Below, in pieces: positions 48,776 to 58,546 of a stretch of DNA of 64,000 nucleotides. Numbering within the stretch: the first letter of the stretch is position 1; every line of letters begins with the position of its first letter. Position numbers and translations under genes: made by a program. The DNA is from Gemmatimonadota bacterium (lineage in GTDB: Bacteria; Gemmatimonadota; Gemmatimonadetes; Gemmatimonadales; GWC2-71-9), in NCBI GenBank assembly GCA_039584325.1, contig JBDGYA010000032.1, positions 671 through 64,670 on the forward strand. Reading direction: 5' to 3'. The notes below the pieces were generated by a model. It was not told where the DNA came from and made no database searches. It was given only the letters and a program-made list of their open reading frames with translations.

Positions 48776-50902
48776 ATGGCCGTGCCCCTTTCGTCCCCTT
48801 CCGGTCCGGAAAGCGTCGGTCGGTCGGTCCCGCGCCGTGACGGTCGAGCAAAGGTCACGGGATGCGCCCGTTACACGGACGATCTCGTCATCCCGGGCGC
48901 ATGGTACGGCAGGACTGTGCGCTCGACGGTGCCACGCGGACGACTGGCACGCCTCACGCAGGACCCCGCCTTCGACTGGAGCCAGGTTGTCGTCGTCACC
49001 GCGGAGGACATCCCCGGAGACAACGTCGTCCAGCTGATCAGAGACGACCAACCGGTCCTCGTCGAACGCGACATCCGCCACCGGGAGGAGCCCATTGCGC
49101 TGCTCGCCGCCGCAGACCGCGAAACCCTCGAGGCGGCAGTCGCCCATGTGTCCATCGAGTACGAGCGCCATCCGCCCGTGCTCGATCTCGCTGACGCGAC
49201 CGGCGAGCACGCCCGACTCTCGATCGACAAGGGAGACGTCGACACCGCCCTGGCCGCGGCAGACATCGTCGTGGAGCGCACCTTCCGCGTCGGTCATCAG
49301 GAGCAACTCTACATCGAACCGCAGGGTGCCATCGCGGTGCCGCGCGACGACGGCGGCGTCACAATTCACGGTTCGTTGCAGTGCCCCTACTACGTGCACC
49401 GAGCGGTGGTGCGCGCGCTCGCTCTGTCGGAGGCGCAGGTAGTCGTGATTCCCGCCGAGGTCGGCGGCGCGTTCGGGGGCAAGGAAGAGTATCCGTCGCT
49501 CGTCGCAATTCATGCGGCCCTCCTGGCAATCAAGGCGCAGCGTCCGGTCCGGCTGATCTACGATCGGCATGAGGACATCGCCGCGACGACGAAACGCCAT
49601 CCCGGAATCATCCGTCACCGCACCGGCGTCCGGCGGGACGGCACCCTGCTCGCGCAGGACATCGAGTTCACGCTCGATGGCGGCGCCTACTGTACGCTGA
49701 GCCCCGTGGTGTTGTCGCGCGGTGCGATTCACGCCGCCGGACCGTACGCCTGCCCCAACGTGCGAATCACCGGCCGGGCGCTCGCCACGAACACGCCACC
49801 CAACGGCGCGTTCCGTGGCTTCGGCGCGCCCCAGTCCCAGTTCGCTTCCGAGTTGATGGTGGAGCACGTCGCCGAGGCCCTCGGCCTCTCCAGCGTGGAT
49901 CTCCGCAGGAAGTGGATGCTGCAGGTGGGTGACACGACGGCGACGGGCCAGCGGCTCACCGAGAGTGTCGGCACCGGACTGGTCCTTGACGCCGCGCTCG
50001 CCAATACCCCACCCGGTACCGACCCGACGAGCCCATCACTCCGGCACGGGCGAGGCATGGCCCTCGTCTACCACGGCTCCGGCTTCACCGGAAGTGGAGA
50101 GAACGACCTGTCCAGCCGGGTCGCCCTCGAGTGTACTTCCGAGGGCACGTTCCGCGTCCTGACCGCGCAAACGGAAATCGGCCAGGGCACGAATACGATT
50201 CTCGCGCAGATTGCGGCGGACGAACTCGGCGTATCATGGGAAGACGTCACCGTCGTCGTACCCGACACGTCAGTCGTGCCGAACAGCGGGCCGACTGTGG
50301 CATCGCGCACGGTGATGATCGTCGGCGGCCTCGTGGCGCAGGCGGCGGCGGAGCTGCGGACCCGTCTCGCAACCGAACGCCCCCCGCTCCGCGCGGAGAA
50401 GGTGTACCGGCAACCGAGCTGGATCCACTGGGACGACGCCAGCTACCGCGGCGACGCCTACCCGGCGTACGCGTTCGCCTGCGTCGTGGCCGACGTCGCG
50501 GTCGACATGGATACGGGCGAGGCCCGCATCACCAATCTGATCGCGGCACTCGACCCCGGATACGCCATCCACCCCACGATGGCGGAGGGGCAGGTGGAAG
50601 GCGGCGTGTTGCAGGGTATCGGGTGGGCCACGTTGGAAGAGGTCAAGATGGACGACGGCGCATACCTGAACGACCGCCTCGCGACGTACATCATCCCAAC
50701 CGCACTCGACGCCCCACCCATCACCACCGTGCTCGTGGACAACCCGTACTCCGGTGGGCCCTTCGGCGCCAAGGGCATCGGCGAGATCCCGATGGACTGC
50801 CCCGCCCCGGCCATTGTCGCCGCCATCCACGACGCCACCGGCGTGTGGCTCGACGAGTTGCCGGCGACCCCGGAGAAGATCCTCGAGGCCCTCGGCGCAT
50901 GA
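48776..50902 (+). CDS. Xanthine dehydrogenase-family molybdopterin-binding subunit
   Basis: KVTG.A.Y.DD, YIEPQG, GGAFGGK, AFRGFG.PQ, EIGQG, GQVEGG and GAKGIGE motifs. Confidence 0.93.
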   Translation: MAVPLSSPSGPESVGRSVPRRDGRAKVTGCARYTDDLVIPGAWYGRTVRSTVPRGRLARLTQDPAFDWSQVVVVTAEDIPGDNVVQLIRDDQPVLVERDIRHREEPIALLAAADRETLEAAVAHVSIEYERHPPVLDLADATGEHARLSIDKGDVDTALAAADIVVERTFRVGHQEQLYIEPQGAIAVPRDDGGVTIHGSLQCPYYVHRAVVRALALSEAQVVVIPAEVGGAFGGKEEYPSLVAIHAALLAIKAQRPVRLIYDRHEDIAATTKRHPGIIRHRTGVRRDGTLLAQDIEFTLDGGAYCTLSPVVLSRGAIHAAGPYACPNVRITGRALATNTPPNGAFRGFGAPQSQFASELMVEHVAEALGLSSVDLRRKWMLQVGDTTATGQRLTESVGTGLVLDAALANTPPGTDPTSPSLRHGRGMALVYHGSGFTGSGENDLSSRVALECTSEGTFRVLTAQTEIGQGTNTILAQIAADELGVSWEDVTVVVPDTSVVPNSGPTVASRTVMIVGGLVAQAAAELRTRLATERPPLRAEKVYRQPSWIHWDDASYRGDAYPAYAFACVVADVAVDMDTGEARITNLIAALDPGYAIHPTMAEGQVEGGVLQGIGWATLEEVKMDDGAYLNDRLATYIIPTALDAPPITTVLVDNPYSGGPFGAKGIGEIPMDCPAPAIVAAIHDATGVWLDELPATPEKILEALGA

Positions 50903-51357
50903 TCACCTTCACGGTCAACGGCAACGCTGTCACGGTCGACGCGTCCGGCGCCCGCCGGCTACTCGACGTGCTGCGCGAAGATCTGGGCATGACCGGTACG
51001 AAGGAGGGATGTGGCGAAGGCGAGTGCGGGGCCTGCTCGGTCCTGATCGACAGCGCGGTCGTGAACGCCTGTCTGGTCGCGGTCGGTCAGGTCGAAGGAG
51101 CCGAGGTGCTGACGGTGGAGGGACTCGAGCGCGACGGCGAGCTCGCACCACTCCAACGGGCATTCATCGATCACGGCGCAGCCCAGTGCGGCATCTGCAC
51201 GCCGGGCATGCTCCTGGCGGCACACGCCCTGCTCGCACGGACACCCAACCCGACTGCCCACGACGTCCGCATCGCGATTGCCGGCAACCTGTGCCGGTGC
51301 ACCGGCTACACCAAGATCATCGAGGCGATCCTCGCGTGCCGTATCCGCGCTACCTGA
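50899..51357 (+). CDS. Xanthine dehydrogenase-family 2[2Fe-2S] subunit
   Basis: GTKEGCGEGECGAC, QCGICTPG and NLCRCTGY motifs. Confidence 0.95.
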   Translation: MITFTVNGNAVTVDASGARRLLDVLREDLGMTGTKEGCGEGECGACSVLIDSAVVNACLVAVGQVEGAEVLTVEGLERDGELAPLQRAFIDHGAAQCGICTPGMLLAAHALLARTPNPTAHDVRIAIAGNLCRCTGYTKIIEAILACRIRAT

Positions 51358-52121
51358 AACCCAGCTCGATCGGCGAGGCGCGCGCGCTCCTGGCACAGAC
51401 GCCCAACTGTCACGTCCTCGCCGGCGGCACCGACCTCATGGTGCAGCTCCACACTGGCCAGGTGCGTCCCAATGCGCTGCTCGACGTGTGGGGCCTCGAG
51501 GAACTCAAGGGCATCACCGGTCCGGACGGCACGCTCGAGATCGGGGCGGCCGAGCCATACTCGGCCATCATCCATTCACCTCTCGTCGCGCGCGACCTTC
51601 CGGTGCTGGCTGACGCCGCGCGCACGATCGGCACAACACAGATTCAGAACCGGGGCACAATCGGGGGGAACCTCGCGACCGCATCGCCGGCCGGCGATAC
51701 GATCCCCATCCTGCTCGCCGCCGACGCGATCGTCATCACCGACCGCCGCGCGATTCCGATCGGAGGTTTCTACACGGGCTATCGCACGACGGTCCTGCAG
51801 TCGGACGAGCTGATCGTCCGCATCCGCTTCCCTCTGGACGGCCGACGCATCGCGTTCCGCAAGATCGGTACTCGGCAGGCACAAGCGATCTCGAAGGTCG
51901 TGCTCGCGGTGTGCCGTGAACCGGCGCGCATCGCGATCGGATCGGTAGCGGAGATTCCGTTGCGGGCCACGACGGCAGAGGGCGCCCTGGCGCAGGGAGA
52001 CGTGGCCGGCGCGGTGGAGGCCGTGGCCGGCGACATTCGACCGATCGACGATGTGCGGTCGACAGCGGCGTACCGGCGAGCCGTGACCAGAAACGTGCTG
52101 CGGCGACTGTTGACCGACTAG
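51336..52121 (+). CDS. Xanthine dehydrogenase-family FAD-binding subunit
   Basis: LAGGTDL, QIQNRGTIGGN..ASPAGD and PIDDVRSTAAYR motifs; GTG start overlaps the Fe-S gene. Confidence 0.92.
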   Translation: MPYPRYLKPSSIGEARALLAQTPNCHVLAGGTDLMVQLHTGQVRPNALLDVWGLEELKGITGPDGTLEIGAAEPYSAIIHSPLVARDLPVLADAARTIGTTQIQNRGTIGGNLATASPAGDTIPILLAADAIVITDRRAIPIGGFYTGYRTTVLQSDELIVRIRFPLDGRRIAFRKIGTRQAQAISKVVLAVCREPARIAIGSVAEIPLRATTAEGALAQGDVAGAVEAVAGDIRPIDDVRSTAAYRRAVTRNVLRRLLTD

Positions 52122-53368
52122 ACCGCTCCGCCCGCCCGCTCCAGTGATTCCACGACCGCCGCAAGACTCGGCGCGATGGGGTCAGGTGGCGGCACCGCCC
52201 GTGCGGCTGCCGCTACATCCTTGAGCCCCGTGCCGGTCACGAGCAGCACGACCCGCTCATCTCGCTCGACCACCCCGGCAGCCAAGGCGGCTTCCAGGCC
52301 GGCCAGCGCCGCGGCCCCGGCCGGTTCCGCAAACACGCCGGTCCGTCGCGCCAGTGCCGGGATCGCCGCGAGGATCGCATCGTCGGTGACCGTCACCCCA
52401 TCACCACCCGATGCCCGGATCTCGCGCAGGCAGCACCGCGCGTTGCGCGGCACCTGCACGACCAGACTGTCGGCGACGCTCTTGGCGCCGTGAACCGCCC
52501 AAACGTCCTCCGCGTCCGTCCGCAACGCGTGCACCATCGCTGCCGAGCCTTCCGGCTGTACGGCGACCAGGCGTGGCACGCGAGTCAGGAGACCGGCCCG
52601 CATGAGATCGGTGAACCCCTTCGCGACACCGGAGAGAATCACACCGTCCCCCGTCGGTACGAGGATCACGTCCGGCACTTCCGGCGCCAGGTCCGCCGCT
52701 ATCTCCAGTCCTGCCGTCTTCTTGCCTTCGATGGTGAACGGATTGATGCCGGTGTTCCGGTTGTACCAACCGAACGCACGGCACGCATCGACGCAGAGTT
52801 CGAATGCGTCGTCGTAACTGCCGTCCACACGGAAGACCGTCGCACCGTAGCTCAACATCTGGATCAACTTGGCCTGTGGCGCCGCAGCAGGCACGAACAC
52901 CACGGCACGCTTCGCGGCCGCAGCGGCGACGGCCGCGAGTGCCGTCGCCGCGTTACCGGTCGACGCCGTCGCTATCGTTTGCAGTCCGTAGTCCCGCGCC
53001 TTTGCCGTCACGAGGTACGACGCCCGATCCTTGGTCGAGCCACTCGGGTTTCGCGTGTCGTCCTTGATCCAGAGCCGGGGCATGTCGAGATGCGCACGAA
53101 GCGCGGGAGCGTCCAGCAAAGGTGTCGCGCCCACCGGGAAAGGTGGACAGGATGCCGGCGTCGAGATCGGAAGCCAATCGGCGTTGAAGCGCTGCCCGGG
53201 ATCTTCCGCCGGCCACACCTGCGGCAGCGATTCCACCACAACCTCCAGTACGCCACGTAGGCTTCCGCCGGGCTCCTGGTGCTCCGCACACACGGAGCAC
53301 ACCAGGCGCGTCGGATCTTCGGCGTACGTCGTACCGCACTCGCCGCATCGGAGGTGAAAAGAGGCCAT
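52118..53368 (-). CDS. Threonine synthase-like PLP enzyme (fold type II)
   Basis: N-terminal CxxC..CxxC; NPSGSTKDR (PLP Lys), ASTGNA, EGKKT, EPAGAA and TGTGLK motifs. Confidence 0.85.
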   Translation of the reverse strand: MASFHLRCGECGTTYAEDPTRLVCSVCAEHQEPGGSLRGVLEVVVESLPQVWPAEDPGQRFNADWLPISTPASCPPFPVGATPLLDAPALRAHLDMPRLWIKDDTRNPSGSTKDRASYLVTAKARDYGLQTIATASTGNAATALAAVAAAAAKRAVVFVPAAAPQAKLIQMLSYGATVFRVDGSYDDAFELCVDACRAFGWYNRNTGINPFTIEGKKTAGLEIAADLAPEVPDVILVPTGDGVILSGVAKGFTDLMRAGLLTRVPRLVAVQPEGSAAMVHALRTDAEDVWAVHGAKSVADSLVVQVPRNARCCLREIRASGGDGVTVTDDAILAAIPALARRTGVFAEPAGAAALAGLEAALAAGVVERDERVVLLVTGTGLKDVAAAARAVPPPDPIAPSLAAVVESLERAGGAV

Positions 53369-53408
53369 TCGGAGTCCCTTCGCGCGGCATCGCGACAGCG
53401 AACCGTCG

Positions 53409-54383
53409 TTACATCGTGAGCGCCATCAACGCCTTCTGCACGTGAAGCCGATTCTCGGCCTCGTCATACACCACCGACTGCGGCCCGTCGATGACCTCGT
53501 CGGTGACTTCGCAACCACGGTCTGCCGGCAGGGGGTGCATGTAAATCATGTGCGTCTTGCCGAGCGCCATGTGTTTCGTGTCGCAGCGCCACTCGGGATA
53601 TTGCTCGATCAGCCCGAGTCCGTCCTGGGCCTCCTGCGTCGTGACGAGCGGGCCCCAGGATTTGGGCACCACGGCGTCAGCATCACGGAACGCGTTTTCG
53701 AAATCGTGACTGATCTCGAATCGCGAGCCCGCGGCCTCCGCGTTCGCCCGGGCCTGCGCCTCGATCTCCGGCATGAGCGCGAACTCGGGCGGGTAGGCCA
53801 GCGTGACGTCGATGCCCATCCGGGGCATCAGCAGGATCAGGCTCTGTGGCACGGACAGCGGCCGTACGTAGTTCGGCGCGGACGTCCACGCGACGCCGAG
53901 CTTCAGCCCCTTGGTGGAGCCGAAACGCTCACGAATCGTCAGGTAGTCGGCCAGGATCTGGCACGGGTGGTAGACGTCGCATTGCATGTTCAGGACGGGG
54001 ACGTCTGCATGGCGCGCGACCTCGGCAAGGTAGGCGTTCCCTTCCCCGTATGCGCAGTGCCGGATCGCGATCCCCTCCCCGTACCGTGAGAGTACGTTGG
54101 CGGTGTCCCGCGCGTTCTCACCGTGGCTGATCTGCATCTTATCGGGGGAGAGATAGATCGCGTGCCCCCCGAGTTGCGTCATGCCCGTCTCGAAGGAGTT
54201 CCTCGTCCGGGTAGACGCGTCGAAGAAGATCATGTACAGCGTCTTCGTCGCGAGCAGCGGTGTCGGGCGTCCCTCGCGTTTGGCCACCTTCAGCTCCGCG
54301 GCCAAGGAGAAGAGCGCCTCGAGCTCGTCCGCCGTCCAATCCTGCGTCGTGATGAGATCGCGACCCTTGAGATCGGTACGCAT
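53409..54383 (-). CDS. Carbamoyltransferase of the OTCase/ATCase family, YgeW-like (knotted type)
   Basis: STRTR, HPCQ and HPLP motifs; the W...PNYVRPLSVPQ loop and PKSW resemble YgeW more than ArgF. Confidence 0.8.
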   Translation of the reverse strand: MRTDLKGRDLITTQDWTADELEALFSLAAELKVAKREGRPTPLLATKTLYMIFFDASTRTRNSFETGMTQLGGHAIYLSPDKMQISHGENARDTANVLSRYGEGIAIRHCAYGEGNAYLAEVARHADVPVLNMQCDVYHPCQILADYLTIRERFGSTKGLKLGVAWTSAPNYVRPLSVPQSLILLMPRMGIDVTLAYPPEFALMPEIEAQARANAEAAGSRFEISHDFENAFRDADAVVPKSWGPLVTTQEAQDGLGLIEQYPEWRCDTKHMALGKTHMIYMHPLPADRGCEVTDEVIDGPQSVVYDEAENRLHVQKALMALTM

Positions 54384-54399
54384 GGCTCGTTCCGGATGG

Positions 54400-55620
54400 C
54401 TACGGAGCGGCGGCGAGCTGCTTCCGACGCTCGACCAGGAAGCGCGGGATAGCCGCGTACACGGCGACAGCACGGACCAGGTCTTCGACCGCCACCCACT
54501 CCTTAGTCGTGTGGGCCAGCTCCTCGAGGCCCGGGGCAAACCCGACGGTTGGAATGCCGTGCCTCCCCATGCTGGCCACGCCGTTCGTGGAAAACCCCCA
54601 CCGCGAGATCTTCGGCGATCGGCCGAGCACGTGCCGCACGGCATCGGCGACGCCCTGGACCAAGCCGTGCTCTTCAGGGAGCACCCACGCGGGATAGACC
54701 TCTTCCTGGCGCACTCTGGTCCCGCGCCAGCTGGTTGCCTCATACTCGAGGACCTCGACTGTCGCATCGCCCAGGTGCGGTAGGGCCCGTAGCTCACGGA
54801 GCACGCTGTCGACGGTCTCGCCGGACGTTGTGCGTCGGTCGATGACGATACGCGCACTATCCGGGACGGCGTTGAGTGAGGGCGTCGTGCACTCAATCGA
54901 GGAAACCACGATCGAGCCCTTGCCGAGAAACGCATCCGCAGGGAGCTGCCCGTTGAGCCGCTCGATGTCGCTGATGATTGGCGCCATCTTGTAGACCGCG
55001 TTGACACCGTGCTCGGCGTGGGCGGCATGGGCCGACACACCCCTGGTCGTGATCGCCAGTTCGACCCGTCCCCGCTGTCCCCGATAGACGTTGAGGTCCG
55101 TGGGTTCGCCCAACACGACGACGTCGGGCCTCAGCCCCTCGTTCTCGATCAGGTGTAGGAGGCAGTATCCATCGCAGACCTCCTCCATGATGCTCGCCGT
55201 GAGATACAGGGTCACCCCGTCGAGCAGCCCATGTTCCTTCATGATCCTCGCGGCATACGCCATGCACACCACAGCGGGCAGCTCGTCGACCGCACCGCGC
55301 CCGAACACCTTGCCGTCTTCGAGCCTGCCCGCAAACGGGTCGTAGCTCCACGCCGCGGTGTCGCCGACACCGACGCAGTCGATGTGTCCATCCATCAGCA
55401 CGGTGAGCGGCCCCGTACCCACCGCACCGACGACGCTGCCGAGCCCGTCAAAGCGCACCTCGTCGAAGCCGAGCGCTTCGTACTCGCGGTGTACCCGCTC
55501 GCAGCGTAGGCCCTCGTGCAGGCTCTCGGCGGGTATGGCGATGAGGTCGCGCAGAAAGGTGACGAGCTGTGCCTCGTATCTGCGGGCCTCGGCCAGAAGA
55601 TCGATCTGGAGAGAAGTCAT
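54400..55620 (-). CDS. ygeY: YgeY-family M20 hydrolase
   Basis: FLRDLIAIP.ES, MDGHID.VG.GD, GRGAVD, EEVCDG, YRGQRGR, WGFSTNG and GFAPG.E..AH motifs. Confidence 0.88.
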   Translation of the reverse strand: MTSLQIDLLAEARRYEAQLVTFLRDLIAIPAESLHEGLRCERVHREYEALGFDEVRFDGLGSVVGAVGTGPLTVLMDGHIDCVGVGDTAAWSYDPFAGRLEDGKVFGRGAVDELPAVVCMAYAARIMKEHGLLDGVTLYLTASIMEEVCDGYCLLHLIENEGLRPDVVVLGEPTDLNVYRGQRGRVELAITTRGVSAHAAHAEHGVNAVYKMAPIISDIERLNGQLPADAFLGKGSIVVSSIECTTPSLNAVPDSARIVIDRRTTSGETVDSVLRELRALPHLGDATVEVLEYEATSWRGTRVRQEEVYPAWVLPEEHGLVQGVADAVRHVLGRSPKISRWGFSTNGVASMGRHGIPTVGFAPGLEELAHTTKEWVAVEDLVRAVAVYAAIPRFLVERRKQLAAAP

Positions 55621-55647
55621 CGACTCAGCCGCACGCTCACTCCGGCG

Positions 55648-57129
55648 TCACGACGCGCGTTCCGCACCGTCACGTTGCAGGGCGCCCAACACGCCGGTTT
55701 CGTCATTGAATGCCGCAATCCACTCGTCCCACAGCGGGAGCTGCTCGGGCAATTCCTCCCAGAACAGCGGACTCCATAGCGCGTCCAGCTCCTGTACCGT
55801 CTTACCCTGCTGCTCGACCCAGGTGAAGTACTTCAGATTGTGAATCGCCTTCCGGTCCACATACCGCAGTTCCTTCACATGATCCGTCGTCGCCCCGAGC
55901 AGGAACCGCTCGACATGCACTACCGCGGCTGTCGAGCTGTACGCCCCGTCCCGCTGTGCCGCTTCCGCGAGACGGGTGCGATAGAGATTCACGGAGTCGG
56001 TGAACGACGTGAGCACGACATCGTGTGCGTCGAACTCGAAGTACTTCGCCGTCTTGATCGCCGCCAGCACGTTGCACACGCTCGAGAGCCCCAGTAGCGG
56101 GAGCCCGGCAACCACCGCCTCCGGGATCCCCCGCTCCACCAGTGCCGCGTGGCCGTCCGGTTCGTTGAACAGCCGGAACAGTCGCATCACGGCCTCGTCG
56201 TCAATCGCGGTGACGAGATCGGTATTCCGCACATTGTGGATCCACGGCACATGCTTGTCGCCGATACCCTCGATCCGGTGCGCACCGTATCCGTTCTGCA
56301 GCAGCGTCGGGCACTGGAGGGCTTCTGCAACCGTGATACACACCGACGGATCCCTGCGCTTGAGGTAGTCACCCACCGCCAGCGTTCCGGCCGAACCGGA
56401 AGCGGCTACCCAGGCGGCAACGCGGTCGTCAGGACCCGCGGTCTGCGCGAACGCTTCCGCCGCCGCCGGGCCGGTCACACCATAATGCCAGAGATAATTG
56501 CCGAACTCCTCGAATTGGTTGAAGATCACGCACTCGGGCCGCGTGCGCCGGATATCCCAGCACACGTCGTAGATCTCCTTGACGTTGCTCTCCGACCCCG
56601 GCGTGCGGATGATCTCGGCGCCGATCCGCTCCAGCCACTCGAACCGCTCCTGACTCATCTCTTCCGGCAAGATCGCCACAGCGTGGCAGCCGAGGAGGGC
56701 ACTGTCGAACGCGCCGCCACGGCAGTAGTTGCCGGTGGACGGCCAGACGGCGCGATGTTCGGTCGGATCGAAGCCACCCGTCACGAGCGGTGGCGCAAGA
56801 CACCCGAACGCCGCACCGACCTTGTGCGCACCCGTGGGGAAGTAGTCGCCGATCAGCCCGACGATCGTCGCCGGCACCCCCGTGAGTGCGGGTGGAAGCA
56901 CGACCGCATTCACCGGTCCGAACCCACCCCTTACAGGATCGTTGTGCCAGGTGATCCGGAAGAGATTGAGCGGGTGCACGGCCTGCATATCGATCGCGGG
57001 TAGCGCCTCGACGACCGCAGGGTCGATGACGGACGGATCGCGCAGCTCGGCAAAGGTCGGGATCAGCACCCGCCGCTCTCGGCAGGTGTCGATGGCGTGC
57101 CGGCGCGCAGCGTCGCTCGATCCGCTCAT
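55648..57129 (-). CDS. Uncharacterised PLP-dependent enzyme (fold type II, cysteine synthase-like beta family)
   Basis: FPTGAHKVG (PLP Lys), WPSTGNYCRGG, FNQF, GSAGT and HRIEGIGDKH motifs. Confidence 0.82.
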   Translation of the reverse strand: MSGSSDAARRHAIDTCRERRVLIPTFAELRDPSVIDPAVVEALPAIDMQAVHPLNLFRITWHNDPVRGGFGPVNAVVLPPALTGVPATIVGLIGDYFPTGAHKVGAAFGCLAPPLVTGGFDPTEHRAVWPSTGNYCRGGAFDSALLGCHAVAILPEEMSQERFEWLERIGAEIIRTPGSESNVKEIYDVCWDIRRTRPECVIFNQFEEFGNYLWHYGVTGPAAAEAFAQTAGPDDRVAAWVAASGSAGTLAVGDYLKRRDPSVCITVAEALQCPTLLQNGYGAHRIEGIGDKHVPWIHNVRNTDLVTAIDDEAVMRLFRLFNEPDGHAALVERGIPEAVVAGLPLLGLSSVCNVLAAIKTAKYFEFDAHDVVLTSFTDSVNLYRTRLAEAAQRDGAYSSTAAVVHVERFLLGATTDHVKELRYVDRKAIHNLKYFTWVEQQGKTVQELDALWSPLFWEELPEQLPLWDEWIAAFNDETGVLGALQRDGAERAS

Positions 57130-57169
57130 GTCCGCCACCCCCAGTGTAGGACGACCCGCTCCGAGGACT

Positions 57170-58546
57170 TCAGGGTCCGAGAAAGCTAGTGCCCCACCGA
57201 AGGGTGTGAAAGCGCTCCCACACCTTCGGCGCAATGCGCCGTGCGCGACCGGCGAGGTTCTCAATGTCCATCGTGCGGTGCCGGAAATCCTCCAACAGCA
57301 CGCGTCCTCGCGCGACGGTGTGCCGCACTGGCGCTTCGCTCACACCATACACGAGATGCGCAAAGGCGTTGTCGGCGTCGAGGGGCGTGGGCGCCGGCAC
57401 ATCGACCACGATCAAATCGGCCGGCGCGTCCGGGGTGATCTCACCGAGCTGCGGCTCGTCGAAGAAACGCCGTGCAGCGAGGGCGCTGTTGGGAACGAGC
57501 TGTGGCACGGTGTGGAACCCGCGCGTCGGATCCTGCCGCACCCCACGCTGCATCAGAAACGCGAATCGCAGCGCCCGTAGCATCGATCCGGACATGCCGT
57601 CCGTCCCCAGCCCCACGGCACATCCATGCCCCGCCGCACGCGCGACATCGAGTGTCCCCACGCCGTTGTTGGCGTTCGATTCGGGGTTGTGGATCAGGAC
57701 GGCGCCGTGCGCCGCCACGGTTGCATACTCCGTGTCGTCCAGATGGACGCCGTGCGCCAGCAGACTGCGCGCGTCGAGAAGGCCGTGCGCCTGAAGTCGC
57801 TCGATCGGGCCCGCACCGAAATGCTCGCGAGAGAACCGCCCGTCCATGGGATCTTCGGCGACATGGATGTGACATCCCATGTTCGGCGTCCGACGCTGTG
57901 CCACCTTTGCCAGTGTCTCCTCGCGCACCGTGAAGCTCGCGTGCAGGCCAAACACGCCCCGAACGCGAGGGTGATCCACCCGGTCGGCGGTGAACTGCAG
58001 ATTTTCCTCGATGCCAGCATCCCTGCCGGCCGGGCCGTTGCGATCCGTCACCTCATAGCAGAGGACCGCGGAGAGGCCACTCGCTTCCACCGCACCCGCA
58101 ATCGTCTCGAGACTGCCACTGATCGCTTCCGGTGATGCATGATGATCGAAGACGGTCGTGCATCCGGCTCGAATACAGTCCGCGAGTGCCAACTCGGCCG
58201 ATACGCGAATGGCCTCCATGTCGAGTGCCCGGTCGAGCCGCCACCACAGACGATCGAGCACCTCAGCGAAGTTGGCCATCGGAGCTCCTGGATCAAGCCC
58301 TCGGGCCAGCGCCGCGTAGAAGTGGTGGTGCAGATTGACTAGGCCGGGCATGATGAGGCCGCCGTGTGCGTCGAGCACTCGCGCCAGGGGAAACTGCGCG
58401 GTGACGTCCCGCGTCGGACCCACGGCGACGATCCGTTCACCCGCCCACGCAACCGCTCCGTCAACGATCACGTTTGGCCGGAACCCGTCCGCGCCGATCG
58501 CGCCTCCGAGTACCGTCCCGTTCCGCAGGATCACCGCATCCGTCAT
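57170..58546 (-). CDS. ssnA: SsnA-family amidohydrolase
   Basis: PGLVNLHHHFY..LARG, WWRLDRAL, DHHASP, CYEVTDR, GLHASFT, HIHVAE, HNPESN.NN and GTDG motifs. Confidence 0.9.
   Translation of the reverse strand: MTDAVILRNGTVLGGAIGADGFRPNVIVDGAVAWAGERIVAVGPTRDVTAQFPLARVLDAHGGLIMPGLVNLHHHFYAALARGLDPGAPMANFAEVLDRLWWRLDRALDMEAIRVSAELALADCIRAGCTTVFDHHASPEAISGSLETIAGAVEASGLSAVLCYEVTDRNGPAGRDAGIEENLQFTADRVDHPRVRGVFGLHASFTVREETLAKVAQRRTPNMGCHIHVAEDPMDGRFSREHFGAGPIERLQAHGLLDARSLLAHGVHLDDTEYATVAAHGAVLIHNPESNANNGVGTLDVARAAGHGCAVGLGTDGMSGSMLRALRFAFLMQRGVRQDPTRGFHTVPQLVPNSALAARRFFDEPQLGEITPDAPADLIVVDVPAPTPLDADNAFAHLVYGVSEAPVRHTVARGRVLLEDFRHRTMDIENLAGRARRIAPKVWERFHTLRWGTSFLGP

Noticed and set aside
53409-54383. 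Calling this gene argF (arginine biosynthesis)
   Set aside because: The YgeW-like loop and the ygeY/ssnA context point to a catabolic carbamoyltransferase, so no symbol was assigned.
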